DNA from: Scenedesmus sp. PABB004
Taxonomy: Eukaryota
Length of the DNA stretch: 51,601 bases
NCBI GenBank assembly: GCA_014905635.1
Contig: JABVCE010000004.1
Coordinates: 1,736,001-1,787,601, forward strand
Direction of reading: 5' to 3'
The notes under the pieces were generated by a model. It made no database searches and was not told the DNA's origin. It saw nothing but the letters and a program-made list of their open reading frames with translations. This document shows, piece after piece, positions 35,601-47,089 of the stretch. Positions within the stretch are counted from its first letter, which is position 1. Each line of letters begins with the position of its first letter. The translations under genes were made by a program, and so were the position numbers.

Positions 35601-38600
35601 GGGCAGCAACGCCGACATCCGCGCCAAGCTGGCGGGGCTGTGTGTCAAGGCCCAGGCGCGGCTGCTGGAGGACGCGGCCGAGCCCGGCGCCGACGCACGC
35701 GAGGACGCCCCCGCCGGCGGCACGCTGGACAGCGGTGACGCGGGCGAGGCGGCTCTGCCGGGCGCGCGCTACGTCCCGCGCGTGCAGGAGCAGAGCGCGA
35801 CGAGCATCCTGGAGCCGTGTGACGTGGCGCTGCAGCTCAAGGCAAGCGACAGCCTCGCCGACGTGCGCCTGGACGCGGGTGACCTGCAGCTGCGCATGTC
35901 GCCGGACGTCATGCAGCTCGTGCAGCACCTGCTCGAGGTGCGGGGCGGTGCAGTGCAGAGCGGGCGGGCGGGCCTGCGCGCACGCGCCCGGGCTGCGGCG
36001 CCGGCGCCGGCGACCCTCCCTCCGCTGACGCCCCTCGCCGCCGCGCGCGCCGCGCAGGTCGTGGCGGAGCCGCTGGCGGTGCCGCCGCCGAGCCAGCCCC
36101 TGGCGCGCGTGGACCGCTTTGGCTGCCTCTGGAGCAGCCACGGCGCGGGCGAGGGCTGCGCCGCCGGCGCGCACGCGTCGTACGCCGCCGCCGGCGCGGG
36201 CGGCGTGGAGCTGGTGGGCAGCGACAAGGGCGTGACGGTGTGGCGGCCGCAGCCGCCGGTCGGCTACGCCATCCTGGGCGACGTGCTCTCGCCGGGTGCG
36301 GCGCGGCGGCGCGCTGCGTGCCCTGCGCCCGCCGCGCACCCCGCGCCGCGCGGCCCCGCCCGACCTCCTCCCCCGCTCCCCGCTCCTGGGCGCGCCACAG
36401 GCCGCAGCCAGCCCGGGCACCAGGTCATTGCGGTGGCCATCAACAGCGGCCTCGTCACGCACCCCGCGGGCTTCACGCCCGTGTGGGAGGCGCCGGGCGT
36501 GACGCTCTGGCGCCCCCGCCCGCCGCCCGGCTACGTCGCCATGGGCTGCCTCGCCACGCTCAACGACGCCGGCGCGCCCGTGCCGCCGCCGCGCCGCGCG
36601 TGCGTGGTCGTCGCGGAGGCGGTCGCGGTGGAGGCGCTGCTGGCAGAGTGCATGATGCTCTGCACCAACGGGAACCTCTGGTGCATCCAGAACAGCGCGG
36701 GCACGTTTGAGGTGTCGCCGCCCGAGGCGCACACGCCCGCTGTGCCCCTCTACGACCTGCGCTCCCCGCTCGGCATCACGCCCGCCGCGCTGCCGCCGCT
36801 CACCGCGCCGCTGCCGGCCGCGGCCGCGGGGCAGCAGCCCGGCGGCAGCCTGCTGCCCGTGCCCAGCGGCGGCAGCCCCTTTGGCCGGGCGCCGCCGCCG
36901 CCGAGCCTGCTCGCGGCGCGCGCGTTTGCGGCCGAGCGCGCCGCACTGCGCGCCAAGGTCGCGCGCTCCGGCCAGGTGCGGAGAGGCGGCGCCGGCGCGC
37001 CGCGCCGCGCTCGGCGCTCGGCGCTCCACCCCCCCCCCCCCCCCCCTCTCCCTCCCGCCTCGCCAGGTGACGACGACGGTCGAGTTTGCGCGCGTGTGGT
37101 GGGACAAGCGCGCCAAGCACCCCAGCATGACCAAGGTCAGCTTCTGGCGCCCCGTGCCGCCGCCCGGGTACGTCATCCTCGGCGACGCCATGGTCCCCGG
37201 CGCATACTGCCCGCCGCCCAGCGTGCTCGTGCTGCGCGACACCGACCCCAGCGAGGCCGTGCCGGGCCAGCCGCCGCTGCTCGCGCGCCCGCTGCAGTGC
37301 GTGCCGGTGAGCGGCGGGCGCACGCCGCGCCGCGCCGCGCCCCGCCCCGCCGCGGCGGCCGCGCCCCGCCGACCAGCGGCCGAGCCCCGTCTTGCTCGCT
37401 CGCCTGCACCGGCGCCCCGCCCGCCAGGTGTGGGTTGACAGCCACAAGCGCTCCCGCGGCGACCCCGCCTACCTCACGCTCTGGCGCCCCATCCCGCCCG
37501 CCGGCTACGTCGCCATGGGCGTCCTCGCCGGCACCGGCGCGCGCGAGCCGCCCAGCCTGCCGCTGGTGCGTGCCGTTGCCGCCGCGGCGGCTGCACGCCC
37601 GCGTGCGTGCCCTGCTGCGCGCGCCCCGCGTCCACCGCCGCAGCCGCGCCGCGCCGCACCACGCCGCGCCGCGCCGCACCACGCCGCACCACGCCGCACC
37701 GCGCCGCGCGCAGGTGCGGTGCGTGCGCGCGGACATGGCGGTGCGTGCTGAGCTGGCGCCGAGCAGCCCGGGCGTGATCATCTATCCCTACAAGACCCGC
37801 CCCGCGCTGGCGGCCTGGGTTGCGGACGAGCGCGCGGCGAGCTTTGTGGTCGTCAGCCACGACGGCTCGCCGCAGCTGCTGGAGGGCTACCGCCTGCGCG
37901 ACCTGGACCCGCCCCGGCACGACGGCGACCCGCACGACCCCGCCGCGCCGCCGCCGGCGCGCGCGCTGCAGCTGTCGCTGAGCGTCGGCAAGGCCAACCT
38001 GCTGCTGCGCAACCTGCTGCGCACGCCGGTGTTGGAGCTCGAGGCCGCCAAGATCAACCTGGGTGCGCCGCGCCGCGCGACGGCCGCGCGCGCGTGCCCC
38101 CGCCCCGAGTGCGGCGCCGACGCGCCGCCGCGTCGCGTCGCCGCGGTCGCGCCCTGCGCAGGTGTGAGTCAGGAGGCGTGCGGCGTGCGGCGGTGCTTTG
38201 CGTACCTCACCGCGGGGCTGTGGTCGTACCACCAGAGCCTGGAGGTGTGGGAGCCCATCCTGGAGCCCTGGACGGTGCTGGCGCACATGGACACCAACCC
38301 CAACCCACACGGCAGCGCCGGCGTCGCGCCGGGGACGTGGGTGCGCGTCACCAGCCCGCACGGCTGCCTGCACGTCACGCTCGCGCAGGCGGCGCTGTCG
38401 CACGCGCTCGACGCGCTCACAGACTGGACCGCGCCGCCGCGCGGCGCGGGCGGGCCGGGCCGCGCGCGGGCGGCGCGGCCTCGCGGCGAGCGACGGCGTG
38501 AGCGTGACGACGCGCCTGGCCAACACGCTGGACGTGCCTGCCTACCTTCAGCTCGACTACGGCGGCGGCGCGCGCGCGGTGGTGGCGCTGCCGCCCCACG

Positions 38601-41600
38601 CCGTCACGCCCATCGCGCAGCCCCTGCCGCTGCCGCCCGTCAGCCACGCGCCGCGCACGGGCGGGCAGCCGCCGCCGGTGCGGCTGCTGGTCGACGTGCG
38701 CTCCGCCGCGCTGGCGGCGGGCCTGGGCGGCGCGGGCAGCCTGCCGGAGCTGTCCGTCACGGTGCGCGGGCCGGACCGCGGGGCGCGCAGGCGCGGGGGC
38801 GCCCCCTGCGCGCGCCGGCAGGCCGGGCGGCGAGCTCGGCCGCGCCGCCGACGCCCGCCCGGCGCACCGCAGGTCGAGGTGGTGGGCAAGCAGGCGCAAG
38901 CGCTGGCTGCCGTGAGCCGCGGCATGGAGACGCGCGCGCTGCTGGTGGCGCCCAGCGGCGGCGGCGGCGGCGGCGGCGACGCGCCGCTCAGCGTGCGCTG
39001 GGACGAGCGCTTTGTGCTGCCGCTGCCGGCCGAGCTGGCGGAGCAGCTGCTCACGCCCGCGCCGGGCGACAACCCCTTTGCCGGCGTCGCGCTGGAGCTG
39101 CGGCTCACGCTGTGGGACGGCAGCGGCGAGCGGGGGCTCGGCAGCGCGGTGGGCAGCGCCGTCGCGCCCGTCGCCTTTGACTGGCTGCAGGGCCAGGTCA
39201 GCGCCCTGCTCGGGCTGAGCCAGGCCGCCGCCGCGGCCTCCAGCGGGCCGCCGCCGCGGCAGCCGGCACGGGCGCAGCCCCTCCGCGCCCGGCCTGGACG
39301 CCGCGGCGGAGCAGCTCGGCGAGACGCGCACGCTCACGCTGGCGCCGGCCGGCGCCGAGGCGCCCGCGCCCCCCAGCGGCGGCGACGCCGCGGCGCGGCC
39401 GGTGAGCCTGGTGGTGTGCCTGTCGCTTGACGACTCCCAGGTCGCCACCAGCTGGTACCCCCACGCCCGCATGCGCCGCCAGCTCGCGGCGGCGTCCGGC
39501 GCCGCGACGTCCGGGCAGCTGGCCCTGAAGGCGGGCGGCAGCGCCGGCGGCGGCGGCGACGGCGGCAGCAGGCAGGCGCTGCGGCTGGAGGGGTCTGACG
39601 TGTGGTCGCCGTTCAGCTACACCTCACTGCGCCGCCTCGCGGGCGCGGCGTGCGGGCCTCACGGCGGCGTCGTGCCCATCCGCGCGGGCCAGGGCCTGGT
39701 GCTGGAGCTCAGCTACGCGGGCGGGCAGTACAGCGGGCGGCTGCGCAGCCTCGCGCAGTTCTTCAACGCCACCGACATGGCGCTCGAGGTCGCGCTGCTG
39801 GAGGAGGAGGACGCCGCGTGGACGCTGCTGCCCGCGCCGCCGGGCGGCGCCGGCGGCGGCGCGGTGGGCGAGGTGGTTGAGGAGGAGGTGTTTGAGTATG
39901 AGCGCTACCTGCCGCTGCGGGGGTGGTCGCCGGACCACCTCAAGGGCCTCGACCCGCACCGCTACAGCCGGCAGCGCAACGGCGCACGCGGCACCACGGC
40001 CTTCCCCAAGGTGCCGCTGCCGCCCTGCTGGGAGTGGGAGGGGCCCTGGGAGGTGGAGGTGCACGGCAACGTCGACCCCGAGGGCTGGGCCTATGCGTTT
40101 GAGCCGACCGGCTTCAAGTGGCCGCCGCCGCCGGCCGCGGGCACCAAGAAGGCCCACGACTTTGTGCGACGGTGAGGAGGCAGGGGCGGGGGGGGGGGGG
40201 GGGGGGGGGGCGGGAGCAGCACAGTGCGGCGCCGGGCGCCCACGCGGCGCCACCGGGGCGGCGCACGCGACGCGCACGCGTCGTGCCCCGGGCGCCTGAC
40301 CTCGCCGCGCCGCGCCGCGCGCTGCCCTGCAGGCGGCGGCTCGTGCGCAAGCGGCGGCGGGTGGCGCTGCCGCCGAGCGTGCTGGACGTCGCGGCGGCCG
40401 GCGCGAGCACGGGCAGCGCGCCGGCGAGCCGGCGCCGCCGGCGCAGCAGGGCGAGGCGCAGCAGCGGCGCGTGCTGGGGCGCGTGGAGCCGGGCGGCAGC
40501 CTGCCGCTGCGCAGGACTGGCGGTCGGACAACAAGCAGCTGCAGCTGCGCCCCCTGCTCGCGCCCAGGGCGGAGCCGGGCGGCGCCAGCCCCGCGCCCGG
40601 CGGCGCCGGCGCCGCGCCGTCGCACGGCTGGAGCTACGGCGTGAGCGCGGGGCAGCAGGCGGTGCAGCTGCGAGCATGGAGGACGGCGCCTCGCGCCTGC
40701 TCTGCTGCACGGCGCTGGGCGGCGACGGCGACGGCGCCGCGGACGGCGCCGGTCAGCCGCCGCCAGCGCCCGCGCGCGGCAGCAGCGGCGGCGGGGCCCT
40801 GAGCCCGCGCGCCGCGGCCGCCGCGGCGCCGGCGGTGTGGTTCAGCGCGTCGTGCGAGGCCGCGGAGCTGGTGCTCGCGGGCGGGCTGGACGTGCTGACC
40901 GACTGGTCCATCACCGCGCGCCCGCCGCTCACGGCTGCGCAACGACCTCCCCGTCGCGGCGCACTATGCGCTGTGGGAGCGCCCCGCGCGCGGCGGCGCG
41001 GCCCGCGCTGCGCCAGCAGGGCCGGCTGGCGGGCGGGTGTGAGGTGCCGGTGTACGGCGTGGACATGCGCCAGGCGGTTCTCATGACCTTCCACCCGGAG
41101 GGCGCCGAGTGGGCGGAGCGCGAGCCCGTCCTGCTGAGCGAGGGCTTCCTGGGCAGCACAGCAGGCGCGCGGGCGCGCGAGCGCACGAGCGCGCCCGCCG
41201 ATCAAGCGCGCCGCCGCCGACGCGCCGCCGACGCGCCGCCGCCGCTGACGCGCGCGGCCGCTGCCGCCGCGCAGGCGTTGAGTCTGGCGCGCCCGCGCTA
41301 CCGGACAGCTTCACCGTCGCGTACGCCAACAGCCAGGCGTCCGGCGCGCGGCTGCGCGTCGGGCTCGTGCGGCACATCGACACCGAGCTGCTCGACTCGC
41401 AGCGCATCCGCGCCGCAGCCGCGCGCGCGTCCGCGGCCGGCGGCAGCAGCGCGGCGGCCGCCGCGGCGGCCATGGCTGAGACGGCGGGCGACGGCTGGCG
41501 CATGAGCCACGGCGCGGCGCTGGCGCAGGGCCGGCCGCTGCTCGTGTCGCTGTCGGTGCCGGTGTGGGTCGTCAACGGCACGCAGCTGCCCGTGGCCATC

Positions 41601-44600
41601 GGCATCCTCCCCCTCGACGCGCCGCAGGGCGGCGGCGACGCGACGCCGGGCGGCGACGGCGACGCGGGCGGCGGCGGCGGCGGCGCGGGGCTGCGCGTGG
41701 TGGACACGGAGGCCTTCACCTCGGTGCCGCGCCCCGCCAGCCACGTCACGGTCTGCGGCAACAGCGTCGAGCTGCTCAGCTTTCCCAGGGGAGGGCCCCG
41801 ACGGCGCGCGCCTCGGCCCGCTCGCCGCCGGGCTGCGCGGCGGCGGCGGCGGCGGCGGCGAGGCGGGCGCCGTGGCGCAGTGGGCGGCGGTGATCAGCGT
41901 CATGGGCAGCCGCTGGAGCTCGCCCCTGGTGCTCGCCGCGGCCGGCGCCAGCGGGGGCCTGCCCGCGGGCGCGGCCGGCCCCGGCGCGGCGCCCGTGGCG
42001 GAGGCGGTCGCGCGGCTGCCGCGCTTTGAGCCGGTGCTGCTGCGCGCCAAGTGTCGCGACGGCTGCGTGTACGAGGTTACGGTGCGCCTCGAGAGCGGCG
42101 GCACGGGGCTGCCCCTCTCCACGGTGCTGCGCCTGGACCCGCACCTCGTCGTCTCCAACCGCACCGGCTACCCGCTGCAGCTGCTGCAGCCGGAGCCCAT
42201 CTGGCGCGCGCTCGGCGGCGCCACCGCCGCGGCGGCCTTCCCCGGCGGCAGCAGCGGCGGCAGCGGCGGCGGCGCGGCCCAGCCGGGGGCGCGTGGTTTG
42301 GCGCCGGCGCGGACCCCGGCGCCGCGCCGCGGCGCGGGCCGCCGACCGCCGCCAGCGCCACGCCGGTCAAGGACGCCACGCTCGTGCTGCGCCCGGGCTC
42401 GCAGGCGGTGCCGCTGTCGTGGCCGCAGGGCTGCGCGCGGCGGCTGCTGCTCTTCACGCTCCCGCCGCGCGCGGGCGCGGGCGGCGCCGTGCCGGTGAGC
42501 GGCGAGGCGGTGGAGCCGGCGCTGTGGAGCGAGCCCTTCCGCGTCGACTACCCCGCCAGCGGCGTGCTGCAGGTGCTGCTGCCGCTGCACCAGCTCGGCA
42601 CCCCCGGCGCGCCCGCGCCGCTGGACGATGCAGCGCTGGCCGCCGCGCACGCCGCGTTCCGCGCGCTCACCGAGGCGCCGCACACGGCGCCGGCCGCGGG
42701 CCGGCCGCCGCTGCGCCCGGCGCGGCGCCGCGCGGCGGCGGCGGCGCGGCGGCGGCGGCGACGGCGGCGGCGGCGGCGGCCCCGCGCCGCTGCTGGTGCA
42801 CATCGCACGGCGCGCGGAGGGCGGGCTGGCGGAGTTCCTGGCGGTGGCGCTGAACCTGTCGGTGGAGATGCCTGCGCCCGGCTGCCTGCACCTGGTGCTG
42901 CAGTCGCTCGGCGGCGACCCGCAGCACTGCCTGATCAACGCCACGCCCAGCCCGGTGCGCTACCGCCAGGCCACGCCCTCGGCGGCGTGGCAGGTGCTGC
43001 CGCCGTTCAGCGGCGCGGGCCTGGTGCTGCTGCAGCCCGGCGGCGGGCTCGCGGGCCTCACCGGCGCGGCGCCGCCCAGCGGCGGCAGCGACACCGCGCT
43101 GCTGCCGCCGTGCGCCGAGGTGGAGCTGCGCGACGCCGACCCCGCGACCAGCGGCAGCGCGCTGTGCAGCCTGGACACGGACAGCACGGGCCTCGCGCTG
43201 GCGGGCGCCAGCCGGCGCAGCAGCAGCGGCGCCGGCGGGCCGGCCGGCGCGCGCGGCGGCCCCGACTCGCCCGCGGTGTTCAGCATCGCCGGCGGCAAGG
43301 CCCAGGCGCTGGCGCAGGTGCTGCCGATCCTGGAGTCTGTCATGGCTCCGGCGGGGCCGGCCGAGGTGGCGGGTGCGGGCAGCGTCAGCGTGGGCCGCAC
43401 CCAGACGGACCGCCTGCTGCGCGTGCTGCCCAAGCCGCCGTCGGTCAACATGAACCAGCTCCGCCTCGCGGCATGCATCGCTGGCCAGGACCAGGTGCGC
43501 CCGCGGCCTTGGCGCCCGCCCCCGCGCCGCGCCCTCGCGCCGCGCCGCCCTCGCGCCGCGCCGCCCGCCGCCTCGCCGCCCACCGCGCCTCGCCCGCCGC
43601 TGCGCGCCGCCGCGCAGGCGCGGCTGTCGCCCGCGTCGTGCCTGCAGCTGGTGGTGGAGCTGCCCGCGCTGGACGTGTCGCTCGTGGACGGGCGGCCCGC
43701 GGAGCTGGCGCTGCTGACGCTAGACGGGCTGGCGCTCGAGTACCGCGCCGGCAACAGCGCGGGCGTGGGCTACAGCCAGGTCTGTGTGCGCCTCAACACC
43801 GCGCAGCTGGACGACATGCTCCACGCCTCGCCCTTCCCCGTGGTGCTGCGCCCCGCCGACGCGGCGGTGCTGGACGGCAGCGCGTCCGACCCGCTGCTGT
43901 CGGCGATGCACGTCGAGCAGCCGGGGCGCCTGCGCGGCGCGCTCTACACGCCCACCATTGCCGGCCACGTCGCGGGCCTGCGCCTGCAGCTCTCCGAGAC
44001 GCTGCTCTGGCGCCTGCACGCGCTCGCGCAGGAGCTCGCGGCACCCGGCGGCCCGGGCGGCGGCGGCGGCGCGGCGGCGCTGGGCGCCAGCGCCCGCGCC
44101 GGCGCCGCCAGCCGCGGCCGCCTGGCGGGCGCGGCGAGCAGCGGCAACCTCGCCGCCGCGGACGCCGCGGCGCCCGGGGGCGGGGCTGGCGGCGGGGCGC
44201 CGCCGCAGCAGGGCGGCTCGTCCGCGGTGCAGCAGATCGCAAGCGCAGACCTGCCGCTGCAGGTGCGGCGCGGCCGCGCGCGTGCGCGGCGGCGCGCACC
44301 CGCGCACCGCGGCGGCCCGCTGACCCGCGCCGCGCGCGCAGGTGGACCTGCTGTCGCTGGACGACCTCCCGCTGCGCCTGAGCTTCCGCACTGACAAGTC
44401 GACGCGGCCGCGCTGGGCCAACGGCGTGTGGGTGTTTGACACGCTGGGCGACATGCTCAACTTTGAGGACCTGTGCATCACGCTGCCCGGCCTGGAACGG
44501 GAGGGCCTGCGCACCGCGCGCAGCGCACTGCTTGCCGACGCGCTGCGCCAGCTGCAGGCGCAGGCGCTGAGCATCACCTTCAGCGTGTTCAAGTGCGACC

Positions 44601-46967
44601 CCCGGCGCCCCCGCGGCGGGGAGGGGGGGGGAAGAGGGGGAGGGGGCGCAGTGCGGGGCGCAGCGCGGGGCGCAGCGCGCGCGGGGGGGCGCGCGCGCGG
44701 CCTGCCCGCCCACCCCTCGGCGCCGCCGCCGCGCCCCGGCCGCGCGCGCCACACAGGTCATACGGCGTGCTGGGCACGGCGACCAAGCTGCTCGCGGTGG
44801 GCAGCAACATCACGAGCGCCATCACCGGCGCCAGCGGCGGCCCGCTCGGCGGCGGCGAGGCCGTGCGCGTGGGCAACGTGGGCCAGGGGCTCGTGGAGGG
44901 CGGGCGCACGCTGGGCGAGGGCCTGCTCAAGGGCGTGACCGGCATCGTGGCCGACCCGCTCGCGGGCGCCAAGAGCGGCGGCGTGCTGGGCTTTGTTAAG
45001 GGCGTCGCGCGCGGCGTGGTGGGCGTGCCCGGCCAGATCATCGGCGGCACGCTCTCCGCCGCGTCAAAGGTCACCGAGGGCCTCGACGCCTCCATGAACA
45101 AGGCGCGGACGCGGCGCGACGCGGCGCGGCGCGACGCGCGTGGAGCCCCGCCGGGGACCGCTTCGGGCGCAAACCCGGGGCCGCGGCGTGCTGACACCTC
45201 CCTTCCCCTGCTCCCCCCTGGGACCCCCCCCCCACCCGGGTGCATGCGCAGGTCAAGGAGCAGATCACGGGCAGCGAGGTCCCGCCCGCGGCGCGGCGGC
45301 GCCTGCCGCGCTGCATCCGCGGCGATCGCGTGCTCACGCCTTTTGCGCTGCGCCCCGCCATGGGCCTGGCCCTGCTCAACGCCAGCGGCGGCGCGTCGCT
45401 GGAGGGCCTGGTCAAGGGCGCCGCCGGCAGCCTGCTGGCGGGCGGGCGCGGCGCGCGCGGCGGGGGGCTGAGCGACGCATACGAGACCCACATGAGCCTG
45501 CCCGGCGGCAGCGTGGCGGTCATCACCAACGTGCGCCTCATCCTGCTCGCGGCGGAGGCCTTCACCGCGCTCGAGGCGGAGGTCGACGCGGGGCGGCGCA
45601 CCACGGTGCGCACGTGCGCGGGCGCGCGCGCGGTTGCGCGCGTGCGCCTCCCTCCTCCCTGCACCGAGTGCGCGCGCCACCCGCCGCGCACCCGCGCCGC
45701 AGGTGGAGTCTGTGCCGCCGGGGCGTGTGCTGTGGCAGCTGACGTGGGACCAGATGCTGTCGGCGGAGCTCGCGTACCACCGGCAGCAGCCCGGCGCGGC
45801 GCCCGACGGCGTGATCGTGCACCGCAAGTACCGCAGCGACGACGGCGACGTGCTGGTGCACGACGTGCGCTGCGCGCCCGGGTCCACCCAGGCGCTGCGC
45901 CTCTACGACGACCTCACCTCCGCGCGGACCAAGTACTACCTGGAGCCGCGGCGCGAGGCGCGCGGCTGGAAGGTCACGCCCGTCATCGCCGCGGAGCAGC
46001 AGGTGCGCGCGCGCGTGCGCGCGGCGTGCGGGGGCACGCGGGGCCGTCGCGCGGCGGCGGCGCGCGGCTCTGACCGACCCCCCCCCCCCCCCACACACAC
46101 ACACACACACGCACACATGCACGCGCGCTCGCTCGCTCGCAGGGCGACCAGGAGATGCCAGACGCAATGCTGTCCATGGACTTCAAGCGCGTGTGGCAGT
46201 CCAGCCGCGCGGGCAGCCGCCCGTTGTCAGTGTGGCGCCCCGTGGGCCCGCCGGGCTACGCGCCGCTCGGCGACGTCGCCATGCCGGCCGCGAGCCGCCC
46301 GCGCGGCCCGTGAGCATGTACAAGGACGACGCGGCACCTGGCGCGGCGGCAAGGGTGCGGCGGGCGGGCGGCGGGCGGGCGGGCGGGCGGCGGGCGGGCG
46401 GGGCGGGCGGGCGGGCGGGCGGGCGGGCGGGCGGGCGGCACGGCGCGCGCGCGCGGCGCTTCGCTGCGCACCGCGCTGAGCCTCGTCGCTCGGCCGCGCA
46501 GGATGGCGCGCCGCCGCCCGCGCTCGCGCTGCCGGAGCGCTTCCAGCTCATCTTCAGGGACAGCGGCGCCAACGGTTGCGCGCTGTCCGTGTGGCGCCCG
46601 GTGCCGCCCAAGGGGTGAGCTCGCACGCGCGGCGACTGCCCTGCGCGCCACGCGCGCCACGCCGCCAGGCGCCGATCGAGCCGTTGCGCACGCGTCCCGC
46701 CGCGCGCACGCCAGGTACGTCGAGCTGGGGTGCGTGGTGGTGCCGGCCATCGAGGAGCCGCCCGCGGGCGTGGTGCGCTGCCTGCGCACGGACCTGGTCA
46801 AGCCGGCGCGGCTGTACGACTACCCTGTGTGGTCGGACACGAGCTCCGACAACATGTACTGGCAGTGTAGCGCGTGGCAGGTGGACAACACCTGCGCAAC
46901 CTTCATCGCCGTCAAGAGCAGCGACGCCAAGCCGCACCCCCGCCAGGCGCTCTGCCCGACCTACTGA
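26613..46967 (+). CDS. VPS13: VPS13 bridge-like lipid transfer protein, plant multidomain (VPS13M-like) type, ~33 exons; apparent frameshifts in this sequence
   Basis: Chorein_N (LSVSVWRGDVRLQNLRLKPEALDSLNLPVTVKGG..VPW; IIGNLELRITNVHVRYED; WWRYA). PH-like region ~30240-30860. Vps62/DUF946-like repeats (VWRPQPPVGYAILGD) at ~36100-37900 and ~46150-46960. C2-like ~38680-39190, dysferlin-like ~39870-40360, VAB-like ~40860-43000, ATG2_C-like ~44760-45100 (KGVTGIVADPLAGAKSGGVLGFVKGVARGVVG). Stop TGA at 46965-46967. Confidence 0.92.
31874..31894 (+). other. FFAT motif (VAP-binding) encoded in VPS13
   Basis: Encodes EFFDAQE, preceded by EEEDD; this matches the canonical EFFDAxE motif with an upstream acidic tract. 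Confidence 0.8.
46360..46438 (+). repeat. Intronic (GGGC)n microsatellite
   Basis: Run of gggc units inside VPS13 intron 46355-46501. Confidence 0.8.
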
Positions 46968-47089
46968 CCTGACCCGCGGCGGAGGAGGGGGGGGCGTCTT
47001 AATGATAGCAGCTTGCTTGTTGCCGTTTGCAGGGCCAGGTCGCGGCTGAATGTGACTGTGAAATGAAAACAAGGCCGGCCGACACCTCA

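Noticed and set aside
31200..46300. Programmed ribosomal frameshifting in VPS13
   Set aside because: The shifts are too many, go in both directions and lack slippery heptamers; sequencing error is more parsimonious.
727..46801. Numerous Arg/Ala/Pro/Gly-rich overlapping and antisense ORFs in the track
   Set aside because: These are shadow frames of real genes or intron read-through, expected at this GC content, and show no domain-like sequence.
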